From IMG/VR virus record IMGVR_UViG_3300009146_000014, positions 1 to 62,715 of that record: a stretch of DNA of 62,715 nt, one strand, 5' to 3'. Made by a program: the position numbers and the translations under genes. Source of the stretch: a virus (lineage: Duplodnaviria; Caudoviricetes). Below, piece by piece: positions 8,141 through 17,244 of the stretch (positions within the stretch are counted from its first letter, which is position 1; the number at the start of each line of letters is the position of its first letter). The notes beneath the pieces are model-generated. The model was not told the DNA's origin, ran no database searches, and saw only the letters and a program-made list of their open reading frames with translations.

Positions 8141-9196
8141 GAAAGCGTGCGTCTCGGGTTGGATGGCCGGGCGAGTCGGGGCCGGGTTGAGCAGCGTTGT
8201 ACGGGTGCGCATATAGTCGGCCTCATCAGGGGTTGAGCCAATGAGGTTGCAGAGGCCGGCGAGCGAGATATCCAAGGCCATGCTGGTCTGCATCGCGGCG
8301 CGGCGCACGTAGTAGCGAACCTCGCGGCCGGTACGCTGCGAATAGATATCCAGCTTGCAAGCCGCCGCCTTCTGCGGAATGGAAACGCTGGGCCAGTTGA
8401 AGGCGCGGCAAACCTCAGTGCGCGAGACGCCATTGGCGCTCAAGAGCATTTCGCCAATCTGCCAAGCCTTGCTGCCGCGCTTGGCGCGATTGACGATGGC
8501 CGGGGCAGTGTTGGCGATCGGCAGTTCGCGCGAGGCCGCGATGGCGATACGGAGGCAGGTAAGAATCCAGGTGCGCGCCTTCGTGTAATTGATCGTGCCG
8601 CTATGCTGGCGAAACTCGACGGTCTTGTAGGTGTTGTGAGCGACGATGTTGAGCTTGTGATAGCGGGCTTTGCTGGCGCCGGTTGCGCGCTTGATCGCAT
8701 CGGCGAGGTCGGCAACCGAGTAGGCCGCCTCGATGCTGGCCGCGCGGACGGAGGCGAGCGTGCGGCAGTAGGCGTTGACGGAGCCGCGACGGTTGGTCGG
8801 CATCATCTTGTCAATGATGGGCTCATAGGACTGATAAAGCCGGACCAACTTTTTGAAATAGCCGATCTGTTGCGGGCCGACGCCAACGTGCACATGCAGG
8901 CCGCACTTGTCCGAAACGGTGCAGCGGAATTGCGCGAGCATGCGGCAAACCGTGGCGACTTGAGCAAGCCCGGCATCGCCGCGCAGCACGGGCGAGACAA
9001 GCTCGATGCCGCGCGAATAGTCGCCGAGCGATCCGTCTGTTACGATGCGCCAATGCGAGGTAACGACGTGGCCGTAGGCGGCAACCGAGCAAGCGACGCC
9101 GGCATCAGAGATTGCGCGGGCGAGCGCATGACGGTCGCCACCTACGGGCAAGTAGCACTCAAACTCGACGCCGAAGGTGAAAACGTCAGGGGTCAT
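8138..9196 (-). CDS. Putative amidoligase (COOH-NH2 ligase, Amidoligase_2) with C-terminal wHTH-like domain
   Basis: FGVEFE, DGSL, ELVSP, CGLHVHV, RY..LN and TVEFRQHSGT motifs. Confidence 0.88.
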   Translation of the reverse strand: MTPDVFTFGVEFECYLPVGGDRHALARAISDAGVACSVAAYGHVVTSHWRIVTDGSLGDYSRGIELVSPVLRGDAGLAQVATVCRMLAQFRCTVSDKCGLHVHVGVGPQQIGYFKKLVRLYQSYEPIIDKMMPTNRRGSVNAYCRTLASVRAASIEAAYSVADLADAIKRATGASKARYHKLNIVAHNTYKTVEFRQHSGTINYTKARTWILTCLRIAIAASRELPIANTAPAIVNRAKRGSKAWQIGEMLLSANGVSRTEVCRAFNWPSVSIPQKAAACKLDIYSQRTGREVRYYVRRAAMQTSMALDISLAGLCNLIGSTPDEADYMRTRTTLLNPAPTRPAIQPETHAF

Positions 9197-9230
9197 TTTT
9201 CTTGGTCCGGTGTTAGGCGTTTCGCGTTGG

Positions 9231-9279
9231 TGGTCTACATATAGGCCACGCGAACGGACATGGCAAGCCCGACTTATCA
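9231..9279 (-). promoter_or_regulatory. 49-bp early promoter/operator element, copy 5
   Basis: Same motif with one mismatch in the palindrome; back-to-back with the terminase operon. Confidence 0.78.
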
Positions 9280-9298
9280 AAAAAAATGAGGTATCCAA

Positions 9299-9961
9299 AT
9301 GGCCAGGAACAGGAAGCGAACCGCCAAGCCCGGCAAGGCGGCAGCCGACGAATCGCCGTTTGATCATCCGCGCGGGCCTCTGATCGGGGCGACGATGGCC
9401 GGTGTTGTGCTGATGCGCGACCCGGAGCGCGTGCGGCAGCTTGCGCGGGCCGGGTGGTTCCAATCGGAAGGCAGCCGCGCGGGGCACAAGGGCGCGGCGT
9501 ATCGATTGCTCGATATCGTGCACGGGTACATCCGTTTTCGCGATGATGAGGGCCGGCGCGGCACAAAGACGGCAGCCGCCTCGCGGATTGCGGAGGCTCG
9601 CTCGCGCGAGGTTGAGTTGCGCAACGCCTATCGCGAGGGGCACCTTATCGAATTGGAGGAGGCGCTTGAGACGGTTGAGGCTATTATGGGCGTGCTCCGA
9701 TTGAATTTGTCGGGGCTGCCGGCGCGCGTGACGCGCGACTTGCAACTGAGGCGGACAATAGAGACGGCCATAAATGACATCCTCGACTCGCTTGCGGATA
9801 TTGCCGCCGAGAAGTCAAAAGCTTTGGGAAAAGTTCGAGCTTCTAGCGCGCCCATCGCGGCCGATGACACCGGACAGGTGGGCGGCAGAGAATCGAACGC
9901 ATCCGCAAACGTCCGCAGTGCCAGGGCCACGCGACCCGCACTTGACCCCGTACATAATTGA
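9299..9961 (+). CDS. Terminase small subunit (Nu1-like)
   Basis: wHTH (ERVRQLARAG) plus coiled coil; directly upstream of the large subunit. Confidence 0.75.
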   Translation: MARNRKRTAKPGKAAADESPFDHPRGPLIGATMAGVVLMRDPERVRQLARAGWFQSEGSRAGHKGAAYRLLDIVHGYIRFRDDEGRRGTKTAAASRIAEARSREVELRNAYREGHLIELEEALETVEAIMGVLRLNLSGLPARVTRDLQLRRTIETAINDILDSLADIAAEKSKALGKVRASSAPIAADDTGQVGGRESNASANVRSARATRPALDPVHN

Positions 9962-11801
9962 ACCGGAGCGCGCGGTTGCATCGGGCGGCACGCACAAACG
10001 AATCGTGCTCGTCATCGCCGCGCAAACCGGCAAGACGGAATTTATGTTGGATGTGGCCGGGCAGCGGCTAGACCAGAAGCCGGCGCCGATTCTCTATGTC
10101 GGGCCGAACAAGCAATTCCTCGTTGAGCAATTCGAGCCGCGATTGATGGCGTTGCTCGATGGTGCGCCGAGCCTCGCGGCGAAAGTCGCGCGGGGCAAGC
10201 GCATGACCAAGACGCGCAAGGTTGTGGCCGGCGTGCCGTTTCGTCTCGCGCACTCCGGTTCGTCGGCGGCACTGAAGTCGGACCCGGCGGCGCTCGCGTT
10301 GATTGATGAGTTCGATGAAATGAAATCGAACGTCAACATGCAGGGCGGGCCGCTCGGGTTGGTCGAGCGGCGCGGAGACACCTATGCCGAGTTCGTTGCC
10401 GTGGTAACATCGACGCCAAAGAAAGGGCGAGTCGCGGCGGTACGGGATGAGCGGTCGGGCCTCATATTTTGGGACGTTGCCGTGGTCGAGGATATCGAAA
10501 GCCCGATTTGGCAACTGTGGCAACAGGGCACGCGGCATCATTGGTGCTGGCCGTGTCCGCAGTGCGGCGAGTATTTCGTGCCGCGATTCAACTTGCTGCA
10601 ATATCCGCTCAATGCGACGCCGCTAGAAGCGGCGCGCGAATGCTTCCTGAAATGTCCCAACTGCGGGGGCGTGATCACGAACGAGCATAAGGAAGCGATG
10701 AATGAGCGCGGCCGGTATGTCGCGCCGGGGCAATCAATCACGAAAGACGGAATCATTCACGGTGCTCCGCATGAGCGGATGACGCTCTCTTTTTGGGTGT
10801 CCGGTCTCGCCTCGCCGTTCGTCACGTTCGGCGAGCGCGTGGCGATGTACGTGGAAGCGTTGCAGTCTGGCGATGATGCGATGGTGCAACAGGCCGTCAA
10901 CGCGGGGTTCGGCGAGCTACACTCGCCGGGCGGCGGCGAGGTTCCCGAATGGGCGGAGATAAAGCAGAAGTCGTTGCGCGCGAGCTATCGGCGCAACGAT
11001 GTTCCGGAGGATGCGCTTTATCTGGTGATGACGGCGGACGTGCAACGGCAGTCGATACCGTGGGTGATTCGGGCGTGGGGAGCGCGCGCCACGTCGTGGC
11101 TCGTGAATTACGGCTACTTGCGCGGCGACACATCAGAGGAAGAAATATGGGAAGCGCTCGGCGATTTGATGGTGACGCCGATTCAAGGCGTGCCTATCAA
11201 GTTGGGATTCATCGACTCCGGGTTCCGACCGGGCAAAACGGACACGCTGCCGCTCAATCGCGTGTATGAGTTTTGCCGGCGCTTCTCTCGGCGGGTGCGG
11301 CCGACAAAAGGTTCGTCGGCGCCGATGCGCACGCCGCTCATCTTTTCAAAGATAGAGGTCAACCGTAAGGACGGGCGCGCGGCGAAGTTCGGACTCGACT
11401 TGGTTCGCCTCGATACCGATCATTGGAAAAGTTGGGTGCACGAGCGGCTCCGTTGGCCAGAGGACAAGATAGGCGGGTGGCACGTGTTCCGAGATATCGA
11501 TGACGACTATTGTCATCAACTCGTGTCGGAAGCGCGCTTGAAGCAACCGACCGGGCGCATCGAATGGGTGCAGCGCTCGCGGCATAATCACTTTTTCGAT
11601 TGCGAGGCGATGCAAGCCGCCGCCGGCTACCTCTTGAACGTGCAGAGGATTCCGTTGCAAAACCGTTCTCAATCGCCTAAAGAGGAAATTGGCAGGCAGC
11701 CGGCAACACCTTCTGAGGACCAATTTACTCCGTCGCAAGCGCAGCATCAGGCGCGTATTCCAAGACGGCGGGTCATCCGGTCGAGCTACCTCGGAAGCTA
11801 A
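9774..11801 (+). CDS. Terminase large subunit, lambda GpA family
   Basis: AAQTGKT Walker A, LIDEFD Walker B, STP, CPxC zinc motifs, TADVQ and NHFFDC nuclease motifs. Confidence 0.93.
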   Translation: MTSSTRLRILPPRSQKLWEKFELLARPSRPMTPDRWAAENRTHPQTSAVPGPRDPHLTPYIIEPERAVASGGTHKRIVLVIAAQTGKTEFMLDVAGQRLDQKPAPILYVGPNKQFLVEQFEPRLMALLDGAPSLAAKVARGKRMTKTRKVVAGVPFRLAHSGSSAALKSDPAALALIDEFDEMKSNVNMQGGPLGLVERRGDTYAEFVAVVTSTPKKGRVAAVRDERSGLIFWDVAVVEDIESPIWQLWQQGTRHHWCWPCPQCGEYFVPRFNLLQYPLNATPLEAARECFLKCPNCGGVITNEHKEAMNERGRYVAPGQSITKDGIIHGAPHERMTLSFWVSGLASPFVTFGERVAMYVEALQSGDDAMVQQAVNAGFGELHSPGGGEVPEWAEIKQKSLRASYRRNDVPEDALYLVMTADVQRQSIPWVIRAWGARATSWLVNYGYLRGDTSEEEIWEALGDLMVTPIQGVPIKLGFIDSGFRPGKTDTLPLNRVYEFCRRFSRRVRPTKGSSAPMRTPLIFSKIEVNRKDGRAAKFGLDLVRLDTDHWKSWVHERLRWPEDKIGGWHVFRDIDDDYCHQLVSEARLKQPTGRIEWVQRSRHNHFFDCEAMQAAAGYLLNVQRIPLQNRSQSPKEEIGRQPATPSEDQFTPSQAQHQARIPRRRVIRSSYLGS

Positions 11802-11816
11802 CGGGGGGACAACCCC

Positions 11817-12131
11817 GTGGCGAACGGCTACAACAACCGCAACAATCTCTATAGCCGCAGCGTCACCGTGCCATCACGGCGGCGCAGTCGCGCGCTTTCG
11901 GTCAACGGCGCCACGGCGGACGAACTGAAATCCAAAATTGTCGCGCTCAAGACGGTCATTGTGTCGGGCGTGGAGTCGGCCGCCTACGGCGACAAGAAAA
12001 CCGAGTTCCGCTCGCTTGAGGAATTGCGCGAAATCCTCGCCGGGCTGGAGGAGGAGCTTGAGGATTTGCTCGGGCTCGGCGGGCGGGTTCGGCAATTCCG
12101 CATGACGACGCAATCGGACAAGGGACTCTGA
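11817..12131 (+). CDS. gpW-like head-tail joining protein
   Basis: SGVESAAYGDKKTEFRSLEEL; sits between terminase and portal. Confidence 0.75.
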   Translation: MANGYNNRNNLYSRSVTVPSRRRSRALSVNGATADELKSKIVALKTVIVSGVESAAYGDKKTEFRSLEELREILAGLEEELEDLLGLGGRVRQFRMTTQSDKGL

Positions 12132-12132
12132 C

Positions 12133-13734
12133 GTGGGGGCTTTGGCGAAAATCGCCGAGCGTATCGAGGGCGCTGCCGAGCGGTTGGGACAGTATGTCTC
12201 GCGGTCGAGCAAGGAAGCGCGCAACGAGGATTTTGACGGCTCGCGGCAGCGGCGCCGGCTCAAGAGTTGGCAGCCGACGCGCCTAACCGCAAATGTGATC
12301 ATGGCGAGCAGCGGAGAGTTGCTCCGCGCACGCTGCCGCGACGCTCTGAGAAACAACGCGCACGCGGTGGCCGCCTCCGAAAGCTTCGCGGCAAATCTGA
12401 TCGGCACCGGAATCAAACCGTCCTCTCTCATGTCGGATAATCCCGACTTGCGCGAGGCGCTCATGCAGTTGTGGATGGATTGGACGGACGAGTGCGACGC
12501 GGACGGCATCGCCGATTTCTACGGCATGCAGAGCATAGTCGCGCGTGCGTTGTTCGAAGCCGGCGAGTGTTTCATCCGCTTTCGCGCGAGGCGGATGGAG
12601 GACGGCTATTTGGTGCCGCTGCAAATCCAATTGCTCGAATCGGAAATGTGCCCGTACGGCATGAACCAGAAAGCCGCCAACGGCAACTTTGTCATGAACG
12701 GCATTGAGTTGGATTTCATCGGCCAACGCGCGGCCTACTACTTTTATCCGATTCATCCGGGCGATGCGCCGATAGAGGTCGGCGTGACGGGCATGCAACC
12801 CGTGAGAGTTCCGGCGTCGGAAGTGCTGCACATTTTCAAGTGCACGCGGCCGGGGCAAATGCGTGGCGTGCCGTTGGTGACGCCGGCACTAACGCGGCTG
12901 TATTTCCTCGATCAATACGACGACGCCGAATTGGAGCGCAAACGCATCGCCGCGATGTTCGCCGGCTTCATTCAGACGCCATCGCCAGAGGATGTGATTC
13001 CAATCGACGGCATCGACACGAGTGCCGAGCAATTGAATGTCGGACTTTCCGGACTCGAGCCGGGCACGATGCAAACGCTTTTGCCGGGCGAGGAAATCAC
13101 GTTCTCAGAACCGGCCGACGTGGGCGGGAGCTATGAGGCGTATCAATATCGCCAGCAACTCGCCATCTTTAGCGCGCTCGGCATCCCGTACTCGATTTGC
13201 ACATCCGACTTGCGGCGGGCCAACTACAGTTCGTTGCGCGGCTCGATTGTCGAGTACCGACGCAAGCTTGAGCAATTCCAGCACAATATCATCGTCTTTC
13301 AGATGTGCGCGCCGATCTGGCGCCGTTGGTTCGATACGGCGGTGCTCGCGGAGGCGGTGCCCATCGAGGTCGCGCCATACCTCGCGCGTAAGCAGCAATA
13401 CACGCGGACGCGGTGGATTCCGCAGCGGAACGATTGGGTGGACCCGTTGAAAGATCGGCAGGCCGAAAAGCTCGCGGTCGATTCCGGGTTCAAGTCGCGC
13501 AGCGATGTTGTTGAGTCGGAAGGCAACGACCCGGAAGAAAACGACAAGCGAATCGCGGCGGACAGAGAGCGCGAGAAAAAGTTGGACCTCGTGTTCCCGG
13601 TGGTCTACGCGGCAGCGACGCAACCGCTTTCGCCGAGCGAGGAAGCCGAGCGGCAGCAGGCGGCGGAGGATGCAGCACAAGAGGCCGCCGACGCGGCGGC
13701 AGACGATGACGAGAAAGACGACGCGGCAGCATAG
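12133..13734 (+). CDS. Portal protein, lambda family
   Basis: LRARCRDALRNN, RPGQMRGVP, ANYSSLR, WVDPLKD. Confidence 0.93.
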   Translation: MGALAKIAERIEGAAERLGQYVSRSSKEARNEDFDGSRQRRRLKSWQPTRLTANVIMASSGELLRARCRDALRNNAHAVAASESFAANLIGTGIKPSSLMSDNPDLREALMQLWMDWTDECDADGIADFYGMQSIVARALFEAGECFIRFRARRMEDGYLVPLQIQLLESEMCPYGMNQKAANGNFVMNGIELDFIGQRAAYYFYPIHPGDAPIEVGVTGMQPVRVPASEVLHIFKCTRPGQMRGVPLVTPALTRLYFLDQYDDAELERKRIAAMFAGFIQTPSPEDVIPIDGIDTSAEQLNVGLSGLEPGTMQTLLPGEEITFSEPADVGGSYEAYQYRQQLAIFSALGIPYSICTSDLRRANYSSLRGSIVEYRRKLEQFQHNIIVFQMCAPIWRRWFDTAVLAEAVPIEVAPYLARKQQYTRTRWIPQRNDWVDPLKDRQAEKLAVDSGFKSRSDVVESEGNDPEENDKRIAADREREKKLDLVFPVVYAAATQPLSPSEEAERQQAAEDAAQEAADAAADDDEKDDAAA

Positions 13735-13744
13735 GGAGACGATC

Positions 13745-14761
13745 ATGCGCCAGTGGTTCACGATGCAGGCGGCGACGGAAACGGCCGCAGCGGAAATCGT
13801 CATCTATGACGAAATCGGCAAATCGTTTTGGGGCGAGGCGAGCGTTGACGCCAAGTCTTTCTTGGACGGGCTCAAGGCTCTCGGCGATGTGGACAACATC
13901 ACGTTGCGCGTCAACTCTCCCGGCGGTGATGTGTTCGATGGCGTGGCCATCCACAACGCGCTGAAGTCGCATAAGGCGAAAGTGACGGCGTTCGTTGACG
14001 GCATCGCCGCTTCGATTGCGTCTTACATCGTCATGGCCGCCGACAAGATCGTGATGCCGGCCAACGCTTTCATGCTGATTCACAATTCGAGCGGGTTCGT
14101 GTTCGGCAACGCCGATGACATGCGCAGCATCGCAGACGACCTCGAAAGGATCGATAAGGCGATTCTCGCGACGTATGAGAAGCGTTCGAAATCCACCAAG
14201 GCGCAACTCAAGGCGATCATGAAAGAGGACCGCCTTATGGGCGCGGATGAGGCGCACACGTTGGGCCTTGCCGATGAAGTGACGAAAGAGGTCAAGATGG
14301 CCGCGAAATTTTCGCTCCGTCTGTTGCCGCAAGCGGCGGCGGAGAAGATTCGGGCCGTGGCAGAATCAGAGCCGGTGCAGGGCGACCCGCCTCATCTTGC
14401 ATCGTCTGATCCGGAGCCGGTGGTTGTGCAAACCTCCGCAGAGCCGCCGGCTCCGGTCGTTGCTGAACCGCCAGCCGCCGCAACCGCGCAAGTCGTGGAT
14501 TTGAAAAAGCAGGGGGTTGAGGAGCACAAAGCCTATGTCGATTCGGTGACTGATCTTTGCACGCTGGCCGGTGCGCTCGACAAGGTTGGGGCGTACGTGC
14601 GCAATGCCACGCCGGTTGACCAAGTGCGCAAAGAGCTATTGGAGCGGAGCACCGGGCAAGATGTGAGGCCGCAGCATGCAACGGCGAACGCCGGTCCACA
14701 GCAAGGCGCGACGGTGACGGCGTGGAAGAAAATCACCGACAAGATCAACGCGCGGAAGTGA
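13745..14761 (+). CDS. ClpP-like head maturation protease/scaffold
   Basis: NSPGGDVFDG, DGIAASIAS, FMLIHN. Confidence 0.9.
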   Translation: MRQWFTMQAATETAAAEIVIYDEIGKSFWGEASVDAKSFLDGLKALGDVDNITLRVNSPGGDVFDGVAIHNALKSHKAKVTAFVDGIAASIASYIVMAADKIVMPANAFMLIHNSSGFVFGNADDMRSIADDLERIDKAILATYEKRSKSTKAQLKAIMKEDRLMGADEAHTLGLADEVTKEVKMAAKFSLRLLPQAAAEKIRAVAESEPVQGDPPHLASSDPEPVVVQTSAEPPAPVVAEPPAAATAQVVDLKKQGVEEHKAYVDSVTDLCTLAGALDKVGAYVRNATPVDQVRKELLERSTGQDVRPQHATANAGPQQGATVTAWKKITDKINARK

Positions 14762-14787
14762 GAAGGCAGGAAAGGAGTCAAATCACC

Positions 14788-15165
14788 ATGAGCCAGTATC
14801 CAGTTCTGAATGAGACCGCTCATCCGGCAGAGTTCATTCTGTCGGAAGCAAGCGGACAGCGTTCGCGCGACAACGCTCTGTTTCAAGACCCGAGCGTGGT
14901 CAAGGTTGGGCAGCCGTGCAAAAAGACGGCGGAGGCAACGACCGACTCGATGGCGAAATACGTCGTGGCCGCAGCGGGCGCCGATTGCCAAGCTCTGGCG
15001 ATTTACGGCGGCGCCTCGTCATCCGGCAATGATCTGAAAATCGCGGTGCTCACTCGCGATTGCGAGGTCAACGGTCGGCTGATCGATTGGGGCGGTTTGA
15101 GTGCCGCCGAGCAAGTGGCCGGCGTCGCGGCCTTGGCGGCGAAAGGGATCATCGTTCGCATCTGA
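14788..15165 (+). CDS. Head decoration protein
   Basis: EFILSEASGQRSRD N-terminus, GIIVR C-terminus; position before the capsid gene. Confidence 0.8.
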   Translation: MSQYPVLNETAHPAEFILSEASGQRSRDNALFQDPSVVKVGQPCKKTAEATTDSMAKYVVAAAGADCQALAIYGGASSSGNDLKIAVLTRDCEVNGRLIDWGGLSAAEQVAGVAALAAKGIIVRI

Positions 15166-15208
15166 CCCGGAGAGCGGCGGGCGAAAATCTAAGAGAGGAA
15201 AAACGACC

Positions 15209-16222
15209 ATGCTTGACATCTTTCGCGGCGATGCTTTCGGGGTGATTCCTCTGACGCTCGCCATCAATAACTTGAAGTTCGTTCCCGGCTACGTGTCCGG
15301 GCGCGGGCTGTTCAATGAGAGTGCCATTGCAACGACGGTGGTCTCAATCGAGGAAAAGAACAACATCCTCACACTCGTTGCGCCGACGCCGCGCGGCGGG
15401 CCGGGTCATACGCTGCCGAAAACCCGGCGCTCTATGCGCATGCTCGGTGTGCCGCATTTCGAAATCAATGATGCGGTGATGGCCGAGGAAGTGCAGGGCG
15501 TGCGTCCGTTCGGTGAGGAGACCGGCACCGAGGCCGTGATGACCAAAGTCGCGGAGCGCATGCAGACGGCCGGGCAGTCGCTTGAATACACGCAAGAATA
15601 TTCGCGCGTGGGTGCGATCAAGGGAGTCGTCTCATACGCCGATGGCACCGTGCTCAATCTGTTCAACGAGTACGGCATCGCCGTGCCGCCCAACATCGAC
15701 ATGAATTTGGATTCGGCGGTGGCGGACGGTTCGTTGCGGCTGAAGTGCGCCGGCATCATCCGCACGATGGGCACGAACTTGGATGGGCAGAGCTTCACGG
15801 GAGTCGAGGCGCTCTGCGGTGACGCATTCTTTGACGCGCTGATCAAGCATCCGGAAGTTCGTCAAACCTATCTCAACTATCAGGCCGCCGCCGAGTTGCG
15901 GCAGGGCTACGTTGGGGCCGGACAGGTTTGGGGTTCGTTCATGTTCGGCGACATCCTCTGGACGAATTATCGCGGGTATGTCGGCGGCAACCCGATGATT
16001 GAGTCCAACATGGCCTATCTCTATCCGACCGGCGTGCCGCAACTCTTTTCGACGGTCTACGCGCCGGCCGATTACATCGAGACGGTCAACACGATGGGGA
16101 AGCCGAAGTACGTCAAGCAATACACGATGCCCAATGACAAGGGCATTCACATGGATACGCAGACGAACCAACTCAATTGGTGCACGAGGCCGCTTGCACT
16201 GATGCGAGCAGTCTTGACGTAA
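15209..16222 (+). CDS. Major capsid protein (lambda gpE-like)
   Basis: MLDIF..DAF....LT.AIN, APADYIETVNT.G, CTRP motifs. Confidence 0.9.
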   Translation: MLDIFRGDAFGVIPLTLAINNLKFVPGYVSGRGLFNESAIATTVVSIEEKNNILTLVAPTPRGGPGHTLPKTRRSMRMLGVPHFEINDAVMAEEVQGVRPFGEETGTEAVMTKVAERMQTAGQSLEYTQEYSRVGAIKGVVSYADGTVLNLFNEYGIAVPPNIDMNLDSAVADGSLRLKCAGIIRTMGTNLDGQSFTGVEALCGDAFFDALIKHPEVRQTYLNYQAAAELRQGYVGAGQVWGSFMFGDILWTNYRGYVGGNPMIESNMAYLYPTGVPQLFSTVYAPADYIETVNTMGKPKYVKQYTMPNDKGIHMDTQTNQLNWCTRPLALMRAVLT

Positions 16223-16238
16223 CCGCAGACGGCGCAAC

Positions 16239-16589
16239 GTGATCGACTTTGATGCAGTGGTGCTAAGCCCGGCGTCGGATATCTTTTCCGTGCCTTGCAC
16301 CTTTACGCCGCTCGTCAGTCAACCGCAGATGCCGGCGTTCGAATTGCGCGGTGTCTATTCGTCCGGTGCGCTCGATGTGGAAATGCAGGACGGCACGATT
16401 TTTTCGGACCAAAAGACCTCGTTGGGAATCCGGTTGAAGGATTTTCCCAACGGGGTGCCGCCCGATCGCGGCGACCTCGTGTTCGTGAAAGCGCACGTCA
16501 ACTTGCGCTATTGGATTGGTGACGTGGATTTGGACGGGCAGGGCGGTGCCTATTGCCTACTGCGGACGGAGAATCCGCAACTGCCATGA
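16239..16589 (+). CDS. Head-tail joining protein (FII-like)
   Basis: Position and P.RGD...DGQGG motif. Confidence 0.65.
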   Translation: MIDFDAVVLSPASDIFSVPCTFTPLVSQPQMPAFELRGVYSSGALDVEMQDGTIFSDQKTSLGIRLKDFPNGVPPDRGDLVFVKAHVNLRYWIGDVDLDGQGGAYCLLRTENPQLP

Positions 16590-17176
16590 GCACGAGCCAT
16601 CAAATCACGAACATGGATGTCTTTTACCCGGCGATCGTGCAGCGGGCCATCATGGCAATGTGCAAGGTGTATTTCGGGCCGCGCTTCAAGACGTATCGCG
16701 TCACGCCGATGATGCAGGTTCAACCGACCGACTTGCCGGTGCTCGGCATTTATATGTTGCGGCAGAAATCGACTCCATGGGGCAACGCGAACCACGCCGA
16801 GCCGAAGTTTCGACACGAGGCAGTCTATGGATTCTCCGCCGGCATCCACGCGGAGACCGCAGACCAGAATCAGATTTACGCGCTTGAGGATACCGTGAGC
16901 GAGATGTTGAACATGGTGTTTTCGCGCCCGGCGCTGGTGAACCTCATGGAAGGGTTCGAAGCGATGGACCGGACATCGCAATATGCAAAGGTCGGCGAGA
17001 CGACGCTCTATGAAATCCGAGTCGAGGTCAACGCGAGTTATGAGGGCAACTATCCGCCGATCGTTGACGACCTCTTGGAGAAAATCGTTGTGACCACACA
17101 GTTTCCCGACAAGGAACACGTGGACGATGGCACGCCGCAACTGACTCGCGTGTACGAACTGGATCAAGGAACGTAG
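16586..17176 (+). CDS. Putative tail terminator/completion protein
   Basis: Position between joining protein and sheath; ATGA overlap. Confidence 0.5.
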   Translation: MSTSHQITNMDVFYPAIVQRAIMAMCKVYFGPRFKTYRVTPMMQVQPTDLPVLGIYMLRQKSTPWGNANHAEPKFRHEAVYGFSAGIHAETADQNQIYALEDTVSEMLNMVFSRPALVNLMEGFEAMDRTSQYAKVGETTLYEIRVEVNASYEGNYPPIVDDLLEKIVVTTQFPDKEHVDDGTPQLTRVYELDQGT

Positions 17177-17244
17177 GCGGGAAGTGAGAGAGCGGAGACG
17201 CGATGCGCTCCGCCAAAACCCCAGGCGAAAGAGGAGACGCGACC

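Noticed and set aside
9197-9745. N-terminal extension of the 535-aa ORF in the track
   Set aside because: Overlaps the terminase small subunit and a promoter element; the likely start is ATG 9196
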